From contig NIVC01001884.1 in assembly GCA_002269645.1 (NCBI GenBank), positions 1-64,000 of the forward strand: a stretch of 64,000 bases of DNA, written 5' to 3'. Source of the stretch: Macrostomum lignano (taxonomy: Eukaryota). Below are positions 1-19,508 of this stretch, piece after piece (position 1 is the stretch's first letter; the number at the start of each line of letters is the position of its first letter). Below the pieces are notes generated by a model. That model had not been told where the DNA came from, did not search any database, and was given only the letters and a program-made list of their open reading frames with translations. Both the position numbers and the translations under genes were made by a program.

Positions 1-1399
1 TGAAGCAATCTGCAGCCACACTCCCCAGCCTCTTTAAGCAGCTGTGCCAAACACCGGGATGCGGAGGCGGCCAGTCATTGGCTCGGGGCAGCTCTGCCTC
101 TTCACCGCTCGCAAGCAGCATTTCTGAATACGCGTTCAGGCAGCTGGAAGGAAGAATTCAGACTTCGGGTGGCTTTCAAAAGCACTTGTGCTTGCAAGCT
201 CTTGATGAGGAAGCTGCAAAGTGGAGTGCTGCGTAGGTATCGGAAAACAGAATCGATGCAGTTGCCATGTTGTGTCTGCTTAGTCGCTTTGCATCTCCGC
301 TCAGGATAATTACTTCTCACGGCTATTCCATTTGATAGAGTTTAAACCTTCTGATAAGCGCTATCGCTTATGCCAAATCCATAAGAAAACTGACAAGATT
401 TTTTTCTCCATTGTCGCTTCATACAATCGTTTCCAGCCTCTGCAAGCCTCAGGCAAGTTGGCATCGCCCCTGCATTTATCCATTCAGACAAACGGCCCGC
501 AGGTCTGCCTTCAGCCTGACAAGGAAAAAACCGTCAGCACCCCACAGGCAGCGGAGGCGAAGAGCAATCCAAAGAGTATACTTGAGCCTGTGCTCATCTT
601 GTCTTCGCGCGCGTTTCCTGGGAGCACAGTGTCACACAGGCTTTCCAGCTTCAAGTGGATGGCGAGGCGAGGAAAGCCGAGAAAAAGATACGTGCAGAAG
701 CAACGGGCCAGAACGTTAAAGATGCTGCGCCCTTCTGGAAGGCGTGCGCTGAAGATTGATGCAGGCGGACTCTCCAGATGGAGACGGACAGGCAAAGCGG
801 CTCCCCTGTCCAATGAGTCGCTGAAAATCGACTGATGGTCAATAACAGCTTGGTGGATCGGAAATCTTTTCACATTTCCAATCCATTAATCTATTGGTCA
901 ATTAGTGGCGCAAGTGAGTGGCAGAGGGGCTCATTCGACTCGATTAGGTGCGAGGCCATGCACATTCATTTGGGGCTTGTGCGCGAAAATTAGTCAGGGT
1001 TTGTCTAGCCAGACAAATAGGCAACGGGTTTACGGCACTTCAGATCACATTGCCACCCCAATGTGATCAATGATGGACATTGATGGACAATGTTTGATAA
1101 GATCCCCTGGGCGAAACGTTGAAAGAATCATTCCTCGGCAAACTTTAACCCCAGGAACTCCGGGTCCTGGTTCGGCTTCTGATATAGGCCAGAGTCACAT
1201 GCATGCCAAACGTTGGCTGCACCATTTTTCATTCATCATCAGTGTAAAAAACTGTCGTCTCCTTCTTCAAACTCGGGATCTCTATCGGGATTCGGATCAA
1301 AATACTCACTTGAGACATAATGACGATGAATATAGTTCACAAAAACTAAAAATGATGCTAAGTACAGTAGAAGCTGGCTAACTTAGAGCCAGAGAAGCT

Positions 1400-1900
1400 A
1401 TACAAATATGCTCGTACAATCCAAAAGTCTGAAAGACTGACAGATGAAATTGTTGATGGCCTGCAGAGCGTGAACTTATCATCGACGGGTTCGATCAATC
1501 CATCAATCAATCTGCTGTACTGCACTGACCTGGACATACTCAGTGAGGACCCAGAAGAGCTGCAGAAATACCATGACAATTTGTGCCATACCTGAATTCT
1601 GTCAGAATCCCAAGCTGGAGATTAACATTAAGAAAGCAGAGGTGACCAGTTGTGACGCAAAAACCCCAAGAAGAAAGCAGGCTCTTCATTCAACGCCAGC
1701 TAGTGGATTCGTGCCTAAGATTTCATCTAATCATGAACTCCATCATCTCGGAGACTACTCAGACTAGTTGTGGACACAGTTTACTGTGAGGCTAACAATC
1801 ACAGATAAAATGAATGCAAAGCTGTAAGCATGGACGTGTATAGCGAAATCAATCAGAACCTACAAAGACACTGAAGACAAAGAGTAGAGAACTCAAAGCC
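1400..1900 (+). pseudogene. Degenerate non-LTR retrotransposon reverse transcriptase fragment
   Basis: 1507-1645 reads INLLYCTDLDILSEDPEELQKYHDNL, then after a frameshift EFCQNPKLEINIKKAEV. This matches the decayed RT motif-5 region (LLYADD...LQ..L..L..FC....L.IN..K.EV). Boundaries approximate. Confidence 0.55.
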
Positions 1901-2989
1901 AAGTGTCACTTTTACCACAGCTCCAAATACTCGTAGTACTATTCAACCGAAATTATGTCCAAAGTGCCATGTGGGGGTAGAAGTTGAAGTTCAGTTCCTG
2001 TTTAAATGTGTGTAGTTGGAACTTTTATAGTGCTTCCGTGATCAATTTGAGCAGAAACTAGAAACAAGAAAGAAACACAATGGGGGTATCTGGAAGCGAG
2101 AATTCATGGTATTGGCCATAGACACGAGCGGACATCGCGGCTATCGTGTCTATGCCATTACATGAATTCTCACTTCCAGATACCTTCATTGGTCAATTGG
2201 TCCATCAGGATCCGAGTGGGAAGGGGGAATGGGGGTGTGGGGGCGAAGCCCCCCACTTACAACCATAGACTATTTTATTTTACGCTCATAGACTCGTTCG
2301 TTTTCTAAAATGATATCCTGGTAAATTGCTTTATTGTCAATTTCAAACAATGACCGGTTATTGCTTGAAGGTCATTGCCTTAACGTAAATTACCATAGAC
2401 ATTTTGAACAATGGGAATTCTAGCAAAATTAATCAAAAGTTATGACGCAATCTAGAATACCATTGTCCTGTGCTTCATCAGGGACAGCTAAAACTGGACA
2501 GAAAAAAACAACTGGTATGCTCGGTTTGCGAATGAGATTTTAAGCCAGTATTCATTTTATTTTTTTCTTTCACTGTATTAACAAGTTCAAATTAATCTAA
2601 TAAAATAATCTAATAAAAAAATCAGCACCCTCTACGTGTGTTAAGTATGGAGGCTAAATCCTTTACTTGTTTAATTTAGATTAATTAAGAATTTAATTTT
2701 TTGCTTTCGCAGAAATTCTTAGTACACTTTAAAAATTACCTGCTTCCTGTGGTGAAAATGCAGATTTTACTCCGATTCTTCTGTTTGAAAAATTCAATTC
2801 AATTTTTTATTTCAATTCGATTGTCTCTGAGAATTGTTTTTTTCAAATAAAATTTAAAGCAGTAGCTCACTCAAAATTATTATGAGAGGTATAAACCAAC
2901 TAGAGCTGGATTTTAAGTTATTAGCACTGGATGCTCGCGTTTCTCTATTGTAAAACCACTGCCTGCGCGTGGGCGGAGGGGTTTTAGAT

Positions 2990-3769
2990 GTGGGTACGGT
3001 CTGGGACGGATAGATTCTGGGATTGGGGTCTGGGGCGGATAGATGCTGGGGGATCGGGGTCTGGGACGGATAGATTCTGTGAGCAGATGGGGTTGGGGGT
3101 GGATGGGGTCGAGGGCGGATGGGGTCGGGGGCGGATGGGGTCGAGGGCGGATGGGGTTGGGGGCGATGGGGTCGGGGGTGGATGGGGTTGGGGGCGGATG
3201 GGGTCTGGGGTGGATGGGGTTGGGGGCGGATGGGGTCTGGGACGGATAGATTCTCTGAGATCGGGATCTGGGGCGGATAGATTCTGGGAGATCGGGGTCT
3301 GGGGCGGATAGATGCTGGGGGATCGGGGTCTGGGGCGGATAGATTCTGGGAGATCGGGATCTGGGGCGGATAGATTCTGGGAGATCGGGGTCTGGGGCGG
3401 ATAGATTCTGGGATATCGGGGTCTGGGGCGGATAGATTCTGGGAGATCGGGATCTGGGGCGGATAGAGTCTGGGGGAGGGGTCGGTGTCTGTGAGCAGAT
3501 GGGTTGGGGGCGGATGGGGTCGGGGACGGATGGGGTCGAGGGCGGATGGGGTCGAGGGCGGATGGGGTTGCGGGCGGATGGGGTCGGCGGCGGATGGGGT
3601 CGAGGGCGGATGGGGTCGAGGGCGGATGGGGTCGAGTGCGGATGGGGTCGAGGGCAGATGGGGTCGAGGGCAGATGGGGTCGAGGGCAGATGGGGTTGCG
3701 GGCGGATGGGGTCGGCGGCGGATGGGGTCGTGGGCGGATGGGGTCGGGGCCGGATGGGTGCGGGGGCGG
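2990..3769. repeat. G-rich compound minisatellite (16-bp GGATGGGGTCGAGGGC units and 31-bp CTGGGGCGGATAGATTCTGGGAGATCGGGRT units)
   Basis: Tandem units read directly; the 31-bp block lies at about 3243-3470, flanked by 16-bp blocks. Confidence 0.95.
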
Positions 3770-5103
3770 TTTAAAAGAGCGGATAAACCAAGGCCATTGT
3801 TGACTCGCGGGGCAGACTGGGCCAACTAAGGACCTTATGTTGTCTTCTCTTGAGCTTCTCTGCCTAATTAGTTTGTTGTTGAATGGCAAGCAAGCAATTC
3901 AATTTCCCTGAAAGTTCCAAGCAGTCTGTCTGCGCATGCCAACTGCACGCCAGTCTACAATTATTTTTTATTCTCATCTGACTAAAAGCAGTAGCCATTT
4001 CATTCAAGATTTCGAGTCTTAATTAGACCCAGCGATTAAAAAAATGAGACTTGGCTTTTTGAAAAAGCCGAAAAGCGTGGGTAGACTGAGGCATGAGGAA
4101 TTCATGCTGCAGCCAATAGCCATGCATGCCACATACATGAAGCCTCCGACTCCACACTCAGACACTATATCTCACAAACATAATAAGCTTTATATCCTTA
4201 CTGGCCTACTTTAAGTACCTCTGTAGGCCAGAGCCTCCATCGCTCCATTTTTCAGAAATGCAGCAACTACTGATTTGCGTTTTCGTGCAAAGACTGCAAG
4301 ACAGTTAGTTAATCTTGAGCTTGTTTGACGTTTTATGCTGGAGTAGAATCAGTGGCCAAAGGTCAATCAAAGGCTTGTTAACCAAATTTCAAGAAGCATT
4401 CGTCTCATTAAGCTTCTGCTGTTGATCAGCTTATCAGCTGGGCCCTGTCATGTAGAAGTTTCTGCTTATACAAGGAATGCGGCAAAAAATGTTTTTAGAC
4501 AAGTTTTTGTAAAAGATATGCTTTTGTAAACTTCTTCGCTTTGCCATTTTGTTTAGTAGGGCTCGGAATTCGGTAGCCAACTGCTCGTGATGTCTGAGGA
4601 TAATTCATATTTAGCTCCGCGACTTCGCGTAGAGTCAGGAGGATTCAAGAGTCAAAGTACATTCCGTTCTCTAACTTCGATTTGGGACAAGCTACAACTA
4701 CTATAGTAAAATCTGCATTGAAGTCTGCACGGCGCTGCTCTCTTGCCCAACCGTCTGATATGATATCAAATAGCAATAATCGGCGCTATTTTGAGGACTC
4801 ATTGCCAACGTCAGCATATCAAAATACTATCAAACATGTACATGTATAAGCACATACGGAGAATTTTTCATGTTTGTTTCTTCCGTAACCAAAGGATATT
4901 GCAAGGAAAAATATGGGTGCACGTGACGTTTCTGATATGTTTGCTGCACCGAAGCCAGAGAAGGAGAGAGACACCAAGATGGCCTGAGAATGTCACTTAG
5001 TGGTGTCAGGTCTGAGATAAGTCCAACTTCTCACCCAGATTTTCTCAGCTCAAATAATCACAGATTGTGTGGCTAAGTAAATGTAAAATAGACTCCAGCT
5101 CAC

Positions 5104-5298
5104 CTGTACCCCGCAATGTACAATGCGCAAACTCTGCGCATTCTTGTCCATATTTAGGCCAATCAGCCCACGGTCCCCCTTGCCAATTTCCCTGTTCACA
5201 ACCTCCCATGCACTCCCATATATAAGTGGCGCTTCTTGTCAAATGTAATGTTGAGTCATCGGAATTCCTCAAATATAAAACAGTCGCTTCGGATTCTA
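5104..5298 (-). CDS. Candidate Cys-containing exon of an unrecognised minus-strand gene
   Basis: Open frame ESEATVLYLRNSDD...WECMGGCEQGNWQGGPWADWPKYGQECAEFAHCTLRGT, bounded by an acceptor (cccag at 5299) and a strong donor (ACAG|GTGAGC at 5103); phase 1-1. Confidence 0.35.
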
Positions 5299-5780
5299 CT
5301 GGGACAGGCAAGGATTTCTCTTATAGCGATATAGCGACTAACAACAGGTAACAATTCAAGCCCATGAGGCACAGATAGTGTTACATGCGTGACGATTCAA
5401 GAAAGTCAGGGCCGCTGTACACCCTGTGTGAGCGTGTGTATGAGTGCTGTGCCTGAGTACAGTATTGGCTCTCTTGTGTGCTCAGGAGCCCGCTGAATGG
5501 GCAGAATAGCCGTCAGCGCTGCATGTGGGACCATGTGGCCGAAGGCGTTGCGCCAGGGTGCCCACAGCCTTCTGCAGTTATTGATTTATTTACCATCTCC
5601 GTACCAACCGACTGCCATCAGCAAGACGCCGGAACAGTCGGCCAGAAACCAGATTTTAGGGAGCACTGCGAAGGTTTCTAGTGGACTGGTCCGACTGGGT
5701 ATCCATGGCAGTCGGTTTTGGTCCATTCCCGGCGCTAAGGCTGACAGTCCCTGTTCTCATTCGCCAGACTCCACAGCCGC

Positions 5781-11794
<6,014 letters not shown>

Positions 11795-13243
11795 AGTCCA
11801 GCTGCTGCCAGGGCTAGCTCCCTGCCAAGTTCTGGGCTTGAACTGACACTGATTCTCGATTGCTTGTCTTCACCAGCCCTGAATGTCCTAAACTCAAAAT
11901 TGATATTGCTTGTGTTAGTTAAGTCGGGAATTTCAAGTCTGTGGTCCCTTCTCTGACGGGTGATTCCGATTGAAATGGTCTGGTTTAGCGACCCGCTATT
12001 TTCTTCAGCCGAGCCATAAGCTATAGGAGACACTCAAAAAAGTTACCAAAAAGCCAATAATGGCCATAGAAACTCTCAGGTAAAAGCTCTTCTCTTTTGG
12101 TAAGCCAAAAGTTTACAGTCTCAATAAAACAATGCCCTGTGGTTGTTGATTCTGACGCAGAAATGCTAGCAGCAGCCTCTCTCTCGTATTAGTGGCCAAT
12201 TATAAACTTAACCAGTTGGTCCATACCATTGCAACACAGATTTTTATGCTTTCTTTTGATCGCTCGAATCCGTTTTTGTCGAATAATTAATTACACATTT
12301 ATTTTTAGTTTATTCTGTTAGAGTGTTGCTCAAGTAAAGCTATGCTATTTTTTTCATTTTTTTGTAAATACGTCCGATTGTATTCGAAACTTCCTAACAG
12401 GCTAAATTAATAATGGAATTAGTTTTTATGTTCCCACATTACTGGGTCGTTACGTGTGTTAGCAACCATGCGCCATCGGTAACTCCAGCTGGCAGGCAAC
12501 ATCAACTACCCTCAGCCGGTACAGAAGGCGCTGACGCTGCAGGCACCCAACCATGTGACGCTGCTGTCTTTAAGAACTCTCTATGACAGCGTATTTTTGT
12601 TACTATTGTTACTGTTGTTACATGCTGAAGAGAACAGTTTGCATTTGCTTAAATACATACATGTTTAAGAAACTAATGTGATTGCCGAAATTAACTTAAT
12701 GACATGTCATGAAGGGGAAACCTGCGTCAAATTTCATGATTCCACGCAGTGCTGCTAAACTTCCCAGCGAAGGCCGTATTGAGGAATGAGTGGTACGAAT
12801 GAGCCGTAACAGGTCCCCGACTCGAGAACGACCTACGCACGAGTGCTTATATGTAGGTACTTGTTGGTCCGCCTCTCACCAAAGTCCCAATTACAAATTG
12901 AGAGAGCATGTTGAAGCTGTCATTGGGCCTGCGCACCTCTTTCGTTTACTTTTTCCTGAGATACTAAATAGTCCAATTGTCCAATGGTCCACGCAATCAT
13001 GCAAGAGACAAAATTATACAACAGTAAGAATCTATGTATAGGTTTTTATTTTTTCAGTATTATTAATATTAGCGTGAGCGAGTTTTACAGGTACTTCTCT
13101 ATACAATGCATACAACAGTAAATAACGCAGGGTCAACTGAAGTCACATGGAATACCGCACCGTGCCCAGCTGTACTTCTATAGTCAGAAGTTTACAGCAG
13201 ATCGCACGCCAGACTGAATATCTCAGAGACAAGCTAGCTGCAC

Positions 13244-13678
13244 CTCATGTGGCAATTCAGGCAACTGAAAATTGCAGCAGTCATCGACGGTATCTCGATA
13301 GTCTAGGATGTCGTCTGCAGCACCTGCTCTGACATCGGCGGTTTCGGCAGCGGCTGTCAGCGAATTCGCCTTGTCCTGCATCTCCGCCAACTGGCATCCC
13401 GTGATCAATGACAGAATTGTCGATTGCAGATAGCGATTGTTAAAATTTCTGCCAACCTACCGCCAGGTCCGAGGCAATCAACACAGCTGCATCAGTCAAC
13501 AGGTTGTTGGTAGTGTGCCCGAACCAAGTGAGCTGAGTGATGTAGCCACAGATTCGAGCACAGTTTCCTGCACGATTGGCCACCAATTTTCAAGCTTGAA
13601 TTTCTCGTCGCTGATAAATAGCTGATAGATAGAAACTGTTGGGCAGAGGGCTGCTGATTTGAAAGCGAGTAGCTTAAT
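13244..13678 (-). CDS. Candidate exons of an unrecognised gene, continuing into the 82-bp array
   Basis: Protein-like frames IKLLAFKSAALCPTVSIYQLFISDEKFKLENWWPIVQETVLESVATSLSSLG and NFNNRYLQSTILSLITGCQLAEMQDKANSL...LPELPHE, with a donor GAG|GTGCAG at 13243. The splice model is not fully resolved. Confidence 0.3.
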
Positions 13679-14403
13679 GGGTAGCGGCTGTCCATGCTGA
13701 TAGATTTGTGTGCTGTCTTTGGTGTTGATGAGCTCGCGCGAATGGATTGGTGAGTGGGACATGGGTAGCGGCTGTCCATGCTGATAGATTTGTGTTGTCT
13801 TTGGTGTTGATGAGCTCGCGCGAATGGATTGGTGAGTGGGACATGGGTAGCGGCTGTCCATGCTGATAGATTTGTGTTGTCTTTGGTGTTGATGAGCTCG
13901 CGCGAATGGATTGGTGAGTGGGACATGGGTAGCGGCTGTCCATGCTGATAGATTTGTGTTGTCTTTGGTGTTGATGAGCTCGCGCGAATGGATTGGTGAG
14001 TGGGACATGGGTAGCGGCTGTCCATGCTGATAGATTTGTGTTGTCTTTGGTGTTGATGAGCTCGCGCGAATGGATTGGTGAGTGGGACATGGGTAGCGGC
14101 TGTCCATGCTGATAGATTTGTGTTGTCTTTGGTGTTGATGAGCTCGCGCGAATGGATTGGTGAGTGGGACATGGGTAGCGGCTGTCCATGCTGATAGATT
14201 TGTGTTGTCTTTGGTGTTGATGAGCTCGCGCGAATGGATTGGTGAGTGGGACATGGGTAGCGGCTGTCCATGCTGATAGATTTGTGTTGTCTTTGGTGTT
14301 GATGAGCTCGCGCGAATGGATTGGTGAGTGGGACATGGGTAGCGGCTGTCCATGCTGATAGATTTGTGTGTTGTCTTTGGTGTTGATGAGCTCGCGCGAA
14401 TGA
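13679..14403. repeat. 82-bp tandem repeat, about 9 near-identical copies
   Basis: Units start at 13679, 13763, 13845, 13927, 14009, 14091, 14173, 14255 and 14337; the two terminal copies carry 2 extra nt. Confidence 0.97.
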
Positions 14404-15474
14404 ACTTCTTTCAACTTCTGTTCCAAGGAGTCCCGAAAGAGAGCGCAGGTCAAAACCAAATTGCGAAAAATCAATAAGTAGAGCCAATAATATTTTATAG
14501 AATAATCGACAGTTCTTGTTTTTCCATACGTTCTATTGCATATTGCTAGTGTTATTTCGTGGGGGTAGGTGATGTACAGCGGTGTCGGAACATATTTCAA
14601 AGTGGGGGGGGGGCTATTGGTGGGAGCTGGGCACATTGCACATACATTTTTGTAATATAAGGGCACCCTAAACTCCTGATGTTATGTCAGGTTGTGACAT
14701 TGTGACAACCAGGCCATTAGTTCAATTTCAATTATGTGTTGGAAGTGGTCAAAAGTCTGAAAACGCTCGAATTTTCAACTGACTCAAACATTGCGCGACT
14801 CGATTAGGCCTAAAGCCCCCAAATCCCAGGATCACAATTGTCTAGGATTCAATAATCCCGGCATTGACCATCGGGATCCCGATCCCGCTTCGCAATAATT
14901 CAATCATTCATTCTCGAATCTCGAGCAGTAGTATCTGCAGCTGAGCTACTGTCAGGTGAAAACCCAGTTGTCCTGCTTTGGTTTATTAATCTTTTAAGCA
15001 TATGGAGATTTCAGGTGTAATTATGTGCGTGCAGCTGTATGCATATGGTACTTGCAGACTAATATAATTATTATTCTAAAGCCCGTACAATACACTCGAA
15101 GTTGCAAGTTTCTTGCAAGTTTCTTACTTACAAAATATTTTATTCTGTTCTTTTATATTTTATTATTGAAAGCCCTTTAAAATCAGGTTAGATGGCTTTC
15201 GTAAGCCAAAATTGCACCAACAAAGATTATAAACTTTTTCAATCCCGGGATCCCAGGATCCCGGCCCAGTTCGTCGGGATATCCCGATCCGGAGAATCCC
15301 GGGATCAAAAAAGACTCGGGATTTTGTACTCGTATTCCCTAGGCAAGACCAATCAGTTAATTTTCTGGATCACTTGGCTGCCTCCTTCAGTTCCTCTTGG
15401 CGCTGTCTCTTTATTCTTTTAGCTGACGGCATTTTAGTGATTTTGGTTGCAGCGCCAGCAGCAGTTTAAGTCTT

Positions 15475-18400
15475 ATTAAGTCTTGAGCCCGGACTCGGAC
15501 CGTCAAACGCCCCCGCTGCCGGCTCCGCTGGCCCGACGACCGCGGCGCCTGGTGTCCAGGATGCCGGTCCTCTCGCACAGCCTGTTCTATGCGTGATGAG
15601 CCTTGGCACGGGGTCGAGCGCGGCGTTATCCAAAAGGCCCGAAGCAAGGCCGGCCCGACACAATACCCCGGCAAAAGCCAGCAGGATGACACTCAACCTG
15701 CAGCACCTGGACCTGCAGCTGTTGTGGAGAAATCATCAACTTCAAGCGGTTTGTGGCGGTGTTCTGCAACGGCTGCTCCGGCTGGCTGCACCTCAGATGC
15801 TCCGGGCTGCGCAGCAGTCGCTGCTGGAGCGCCCTCTACTGCGCCCTGCTGTGCTGATACGGACGCGAGGACCAACGTCCCGACTGGCACTGCGCAGACT
15901 GACCGTCCCGCCTCGCCCGCGGCTCCCCGGCCCACAGCTCAGGAAGCCTACCCGGCGAGCTGCCGCCCCCCGACAGCACGCGGCGGCGTGCTCATTCTCC
16001 TTCGTGAAGACATCGCCTCCAGCAACCCCCGCGGCTCCACCTCGCCACGTGCACGGCCCGTGGGTACGTGGGTAACGTCGGGCTGGCCAGTGTGCATGCC
16101 CCACCCACCAGCAGCCAGCGGCCCGGGGAGACGTGGGCCCCGGACTTCAACGAAATCCCGGTTTCAAGTTTGTATAATTGGCGGGGACTTCAACGCGCAT
16201 GGCAGTTGGGATGCGGACGCGCCCAGCGACGATGGCGGCGCCACCCTGGAGGAATGGGCCGCGGGCTGGCAACTGTCCCTCGCCAACAAACCGGCCGTCG
16301 CCACCCGCATTAACCCTAGCACCGGCGGCAAGTCCGCCCCGGACTCGACCTGGATCCGCGGCCCTCCTACCGTGTCCGTGCGCTCCTCCTGGCACGTCGA
16401 CGAGGACCTCGGCTCCGACCACCTGCCGATCTGCTTTACCGTCAGGAAGCGTCGGAGGACCCCCAGCCCAGCGCCCTCGCTGGTCTTTCAAGAGAGCCGA
16501 CTGGGAGAGTTTCAAATAAATCGCTCCAGAGGACCTGCGAGCAGCACCCACACTGTCGCCGCAGTAGCGACCGCGCCTATAACCTCCTGTGCGCGGACAT
16601 CCTGCGCGCCGCTGACGCCTCCATCCCGAGGGGGTGCAGACCTGGCGCGCAGAAATCCTTCTGGAATGAAGAGTGCGACACCGCTTAAAAGAACTGCCGC
16701 GAAGCCCGCAAGAACGTCGCTAACACCCCTTTGGATAGCAACCTTGAGCTCTTCGGACAAGCACGCGGTACGCTTCGCAAGACAATATACGAAGCTAAGC
16801 GCAGCCAAGGACTACTTAAGAACACTTAAGTAGTCCTTGAGCGCAGGTTCTGGGATCAGACCTGCAATGACCTCGACCTCAACTCCGACATTTTCCGCAT
16901 ATTGCGCAACATCCGTGGCGACGGCCCCGCGGCCCGATCGAGCGCCGCCATCACGTAAATCACCGGCTCTGGACGCACGCGCATCGCCGTCACCGATCGC
17001 GAAAAATCCAACCTCTTCGCGGGCATCTATGCTTCGGAATCCAGACTCGAGCACGGCGAGAACGATGGGCGAGTCCGCGCGGAAGCCAACTGCTACCTCA
17101 AAATTTACCGCAGGGCGGCCCAGGACTCCCCGGTCAAACGCGACTTCTGCACCGGCGAACTTAGGACCGCCCTCCGCCGTCTCAAATCCGGGAAAGCCGC
17201 CGATGGCGTCGCAAATGAAATGCTTAAGCACCTCCCCGCCGCCGCGGAGCAACGTCTCCTAGATCTCTTGAACGATGTCTGGAGAGGCAGCGCGATCCAG
17301 GCCGGGTGGCGGCGCGCCACCATCGTCCCTATCCCTAAGAAGGGCAATGACCATTCGCTACCCACCTCCTTACGTCCGATTGCTTTAAACAGCTGCATTG
17401 CTAAAACCGCGAAACGCCTGGTCCAGCAACGTCTTAGCGCCTGGCTCGAATAGAACAGCATTCTCACGCCCGAACAGGCGGGCTTCAGAGCCGGGCGCAG
17501 CACCGAGGAGGTCCTTGCTCATGTCTGCCAGAGCATCTTCGACGGCCTGGAGAGCCTCCGATCCGCTATGACTCTTCTCGACTTTAAGAGGGCCTATAAC
17601 AGGGTCTGGATTCGCGCTCTCTGTCTTAAGATCCGCAATGCGGGGTCCCCCGCGGTTCACCCTGTGGATCTACCGTTTTCTTCGCGACCGTCGCGCCTCC
17701 GTCAGATGGGTCGGCAGCCTCAGCAGGGAGCGGGTCGTCCAAGACGGCCTTCGCCAAGTCAGCGTCCTGCCCCCCCCCTCTGGTGGCTTCTCTACATTAA
17801 TGACCTCCGGGCGGCAGTTGGCCTCGCCAGTCCTCTGTGCGGGATCAACCTTCACGCCGACGATAACAGCCTCATTGCCACGCATCGAAAACTGTCTGAA
17901 TGTGCCAACATCCTCCAACGGGAAAGCCCGACTTAACCTCAACATTGAAGGCCGGGACCTCAGTTTCAACCCGAACCCGCGGCTACTTGGCGTTACCATG
18001 GACGGTCAGCTGAATTTCGCGCAGTACGGTGCCGAAGTCAGACGCCGCATGGCGGTCCGTCGCGCCGCCTTGGTAGCCATTGCCCACCGGCTCCGGGGCC
18101 GACCAGAGGGTCCTCCGCACCGCCTACATCGCCACGGTCCGCGCCTGCGCCGACTACGGCAGTGCCATCTGGCTCAACGGCGCCGCACCGTCTACCAAGC
18201 GTTCTATCAAGCAACTGCAATCCATTTGCGCTCGCCTCATTACGGGCTGCTGCAACACCACGCCGAATCACATCTCCGTCCGCCTCGCGGGACTGCCGCC
18301 CATCAGCACCGTCACTATCGAGCGCGCGGCTAACCTCGCAGAGCGGATCGCCAGGCTCCGCCCCACTGCCCAGCTTTCAAGACCCTGTCACAAACCTGCT

Positions 18401-19508
18401 GACCCAGGCTAAAAAACCGCATCCACGACGAGCCCCATTTCCGGCCTGCCGAGGCTGCTGCTTATGCCGAGGACGCCGACTTTGTCAGGCTGGACCTCGA
18501 CCGCTCGTGCCAGTTCAGGGGCTACTGGAGAAGAGATGCCTCCGAGCTCTCCATTGCAGTTGACCTCCAACACGTCGCCGCGAGCGCGAACAGCGCCCAG
18601 CCCTTGGGACGTGTACGGCAACCCGGACGTCGCCTTTGATCTGACTGCCCGCACCGTGCGTCGCAACGCCCCCACCACTGATCGGGCCTCTGCCGCGACC
18701 GACGCCATCGCCAGGGCTCTCACCTGCACTGCGGTCGCCTAGACTGACGGCTCGGCGGCTGGAGGGACTCGCAACGGCGGGGGCGCGGCTGTCATCGACC
18801 AGGACGGCATCCGTACCGTCATCCGCCGTCCGGCCGGAGCACACTGCTGCAGCTTCACCGCCGAGCTGGTTGCCATCTCCGCCGCCCTCGATCACTGCCG
18901 CAACGCGGCCCATCGGCCCAGCAGCCTCGCCATCCTCACCGACAGCCTCAGCTAGCACCCTCACCACGCTCGAACGGGGGCCCATTGAGCAGCGCACTAC
19001 GCTGGGCTCCGCCTGTTGGCATGCCATCGCTGACCTCGCCAGGAGCTCTAAGATCCAGTTCGTTTGGGTTCCTGATTGCGCGGGCCTGGAGGGGAACGAG
19101 GCCGCCGACACCGCCGCTGCCGAGGCCGCCTCGCTCCCGCAGCACGACGCCCCGATTAACCTCGCCCCGCTCGCACTGCCATCCGTCGCGACCGCCGTGA
19201 CCTCGATGCCCGCGTTCTGGGCCCGGCGCTGAAGCCGCCCCCTTGCGGTAACCGCGCCGAAGTTGTGGCGCTTAACCAACTCCGTGCTGGGGTCAGCCTG
19301 CTCTGCGGCGCCACCGGTGCCGTCTCGGGCTGACACTGTCGAGCATCTACTCCGGCTCTGTCCACAGGGGGACGGTACGCCGACCCGCTGGACCCTCCGT
19401 CGCCCAAAGTCTTCGCACTTCTCCGTGCCATGGGGCGTTGGCCCCCATCTTTATTCGCGCCGTCGCGCTAGCCCAGACGTGCTGGGAATTGCATGGAAGA
19501 AGAAGAAG
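15475..19508 (+). mobile_element. Non-LTR retrotransposon, APE-RT-RNase H-CCHC, Ingi/I-group-like, frameshifted
   Basis: APE: GGVLILLRED, GGDFNAH, SAPDSTW, SDHLPI. RT: WRRATIVPIPKKG, LRPIALNS, LLDFKRAY, INLHADD. RNase H: TDGS, FTAELVAI, TDSLS, WVPDCAGLEGNEAAD. C-terminal DTVEHLLRLCP and a (GAA)4 tail at 19496-19508. Possible TSD AGTTTAAGTCTT 15463-15474 vs AGTTTAAATCTT 19507-19518. Confidence 0.9.

Noticed and set aside
1-873. Possible Harbinger-type transposase relic or membrane-protein exon
   Set aside because: Only a weak resemblance (AMLCLLSRFASPLR) with no catalytic motifs in register; unsupported.
2854-3889. Pro-rich and Gly-rich ORFs of about 300 aa
   Set aside because: Products of the G-rich minisatellite; only the non-repetitive C-terminal piece is kept as a candidate exon.
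13679-14403. CRISPR-like array
   Set aside because: The units are contiguous and identical, with no unique spacers and no cas genes, in a eukaryotic context.
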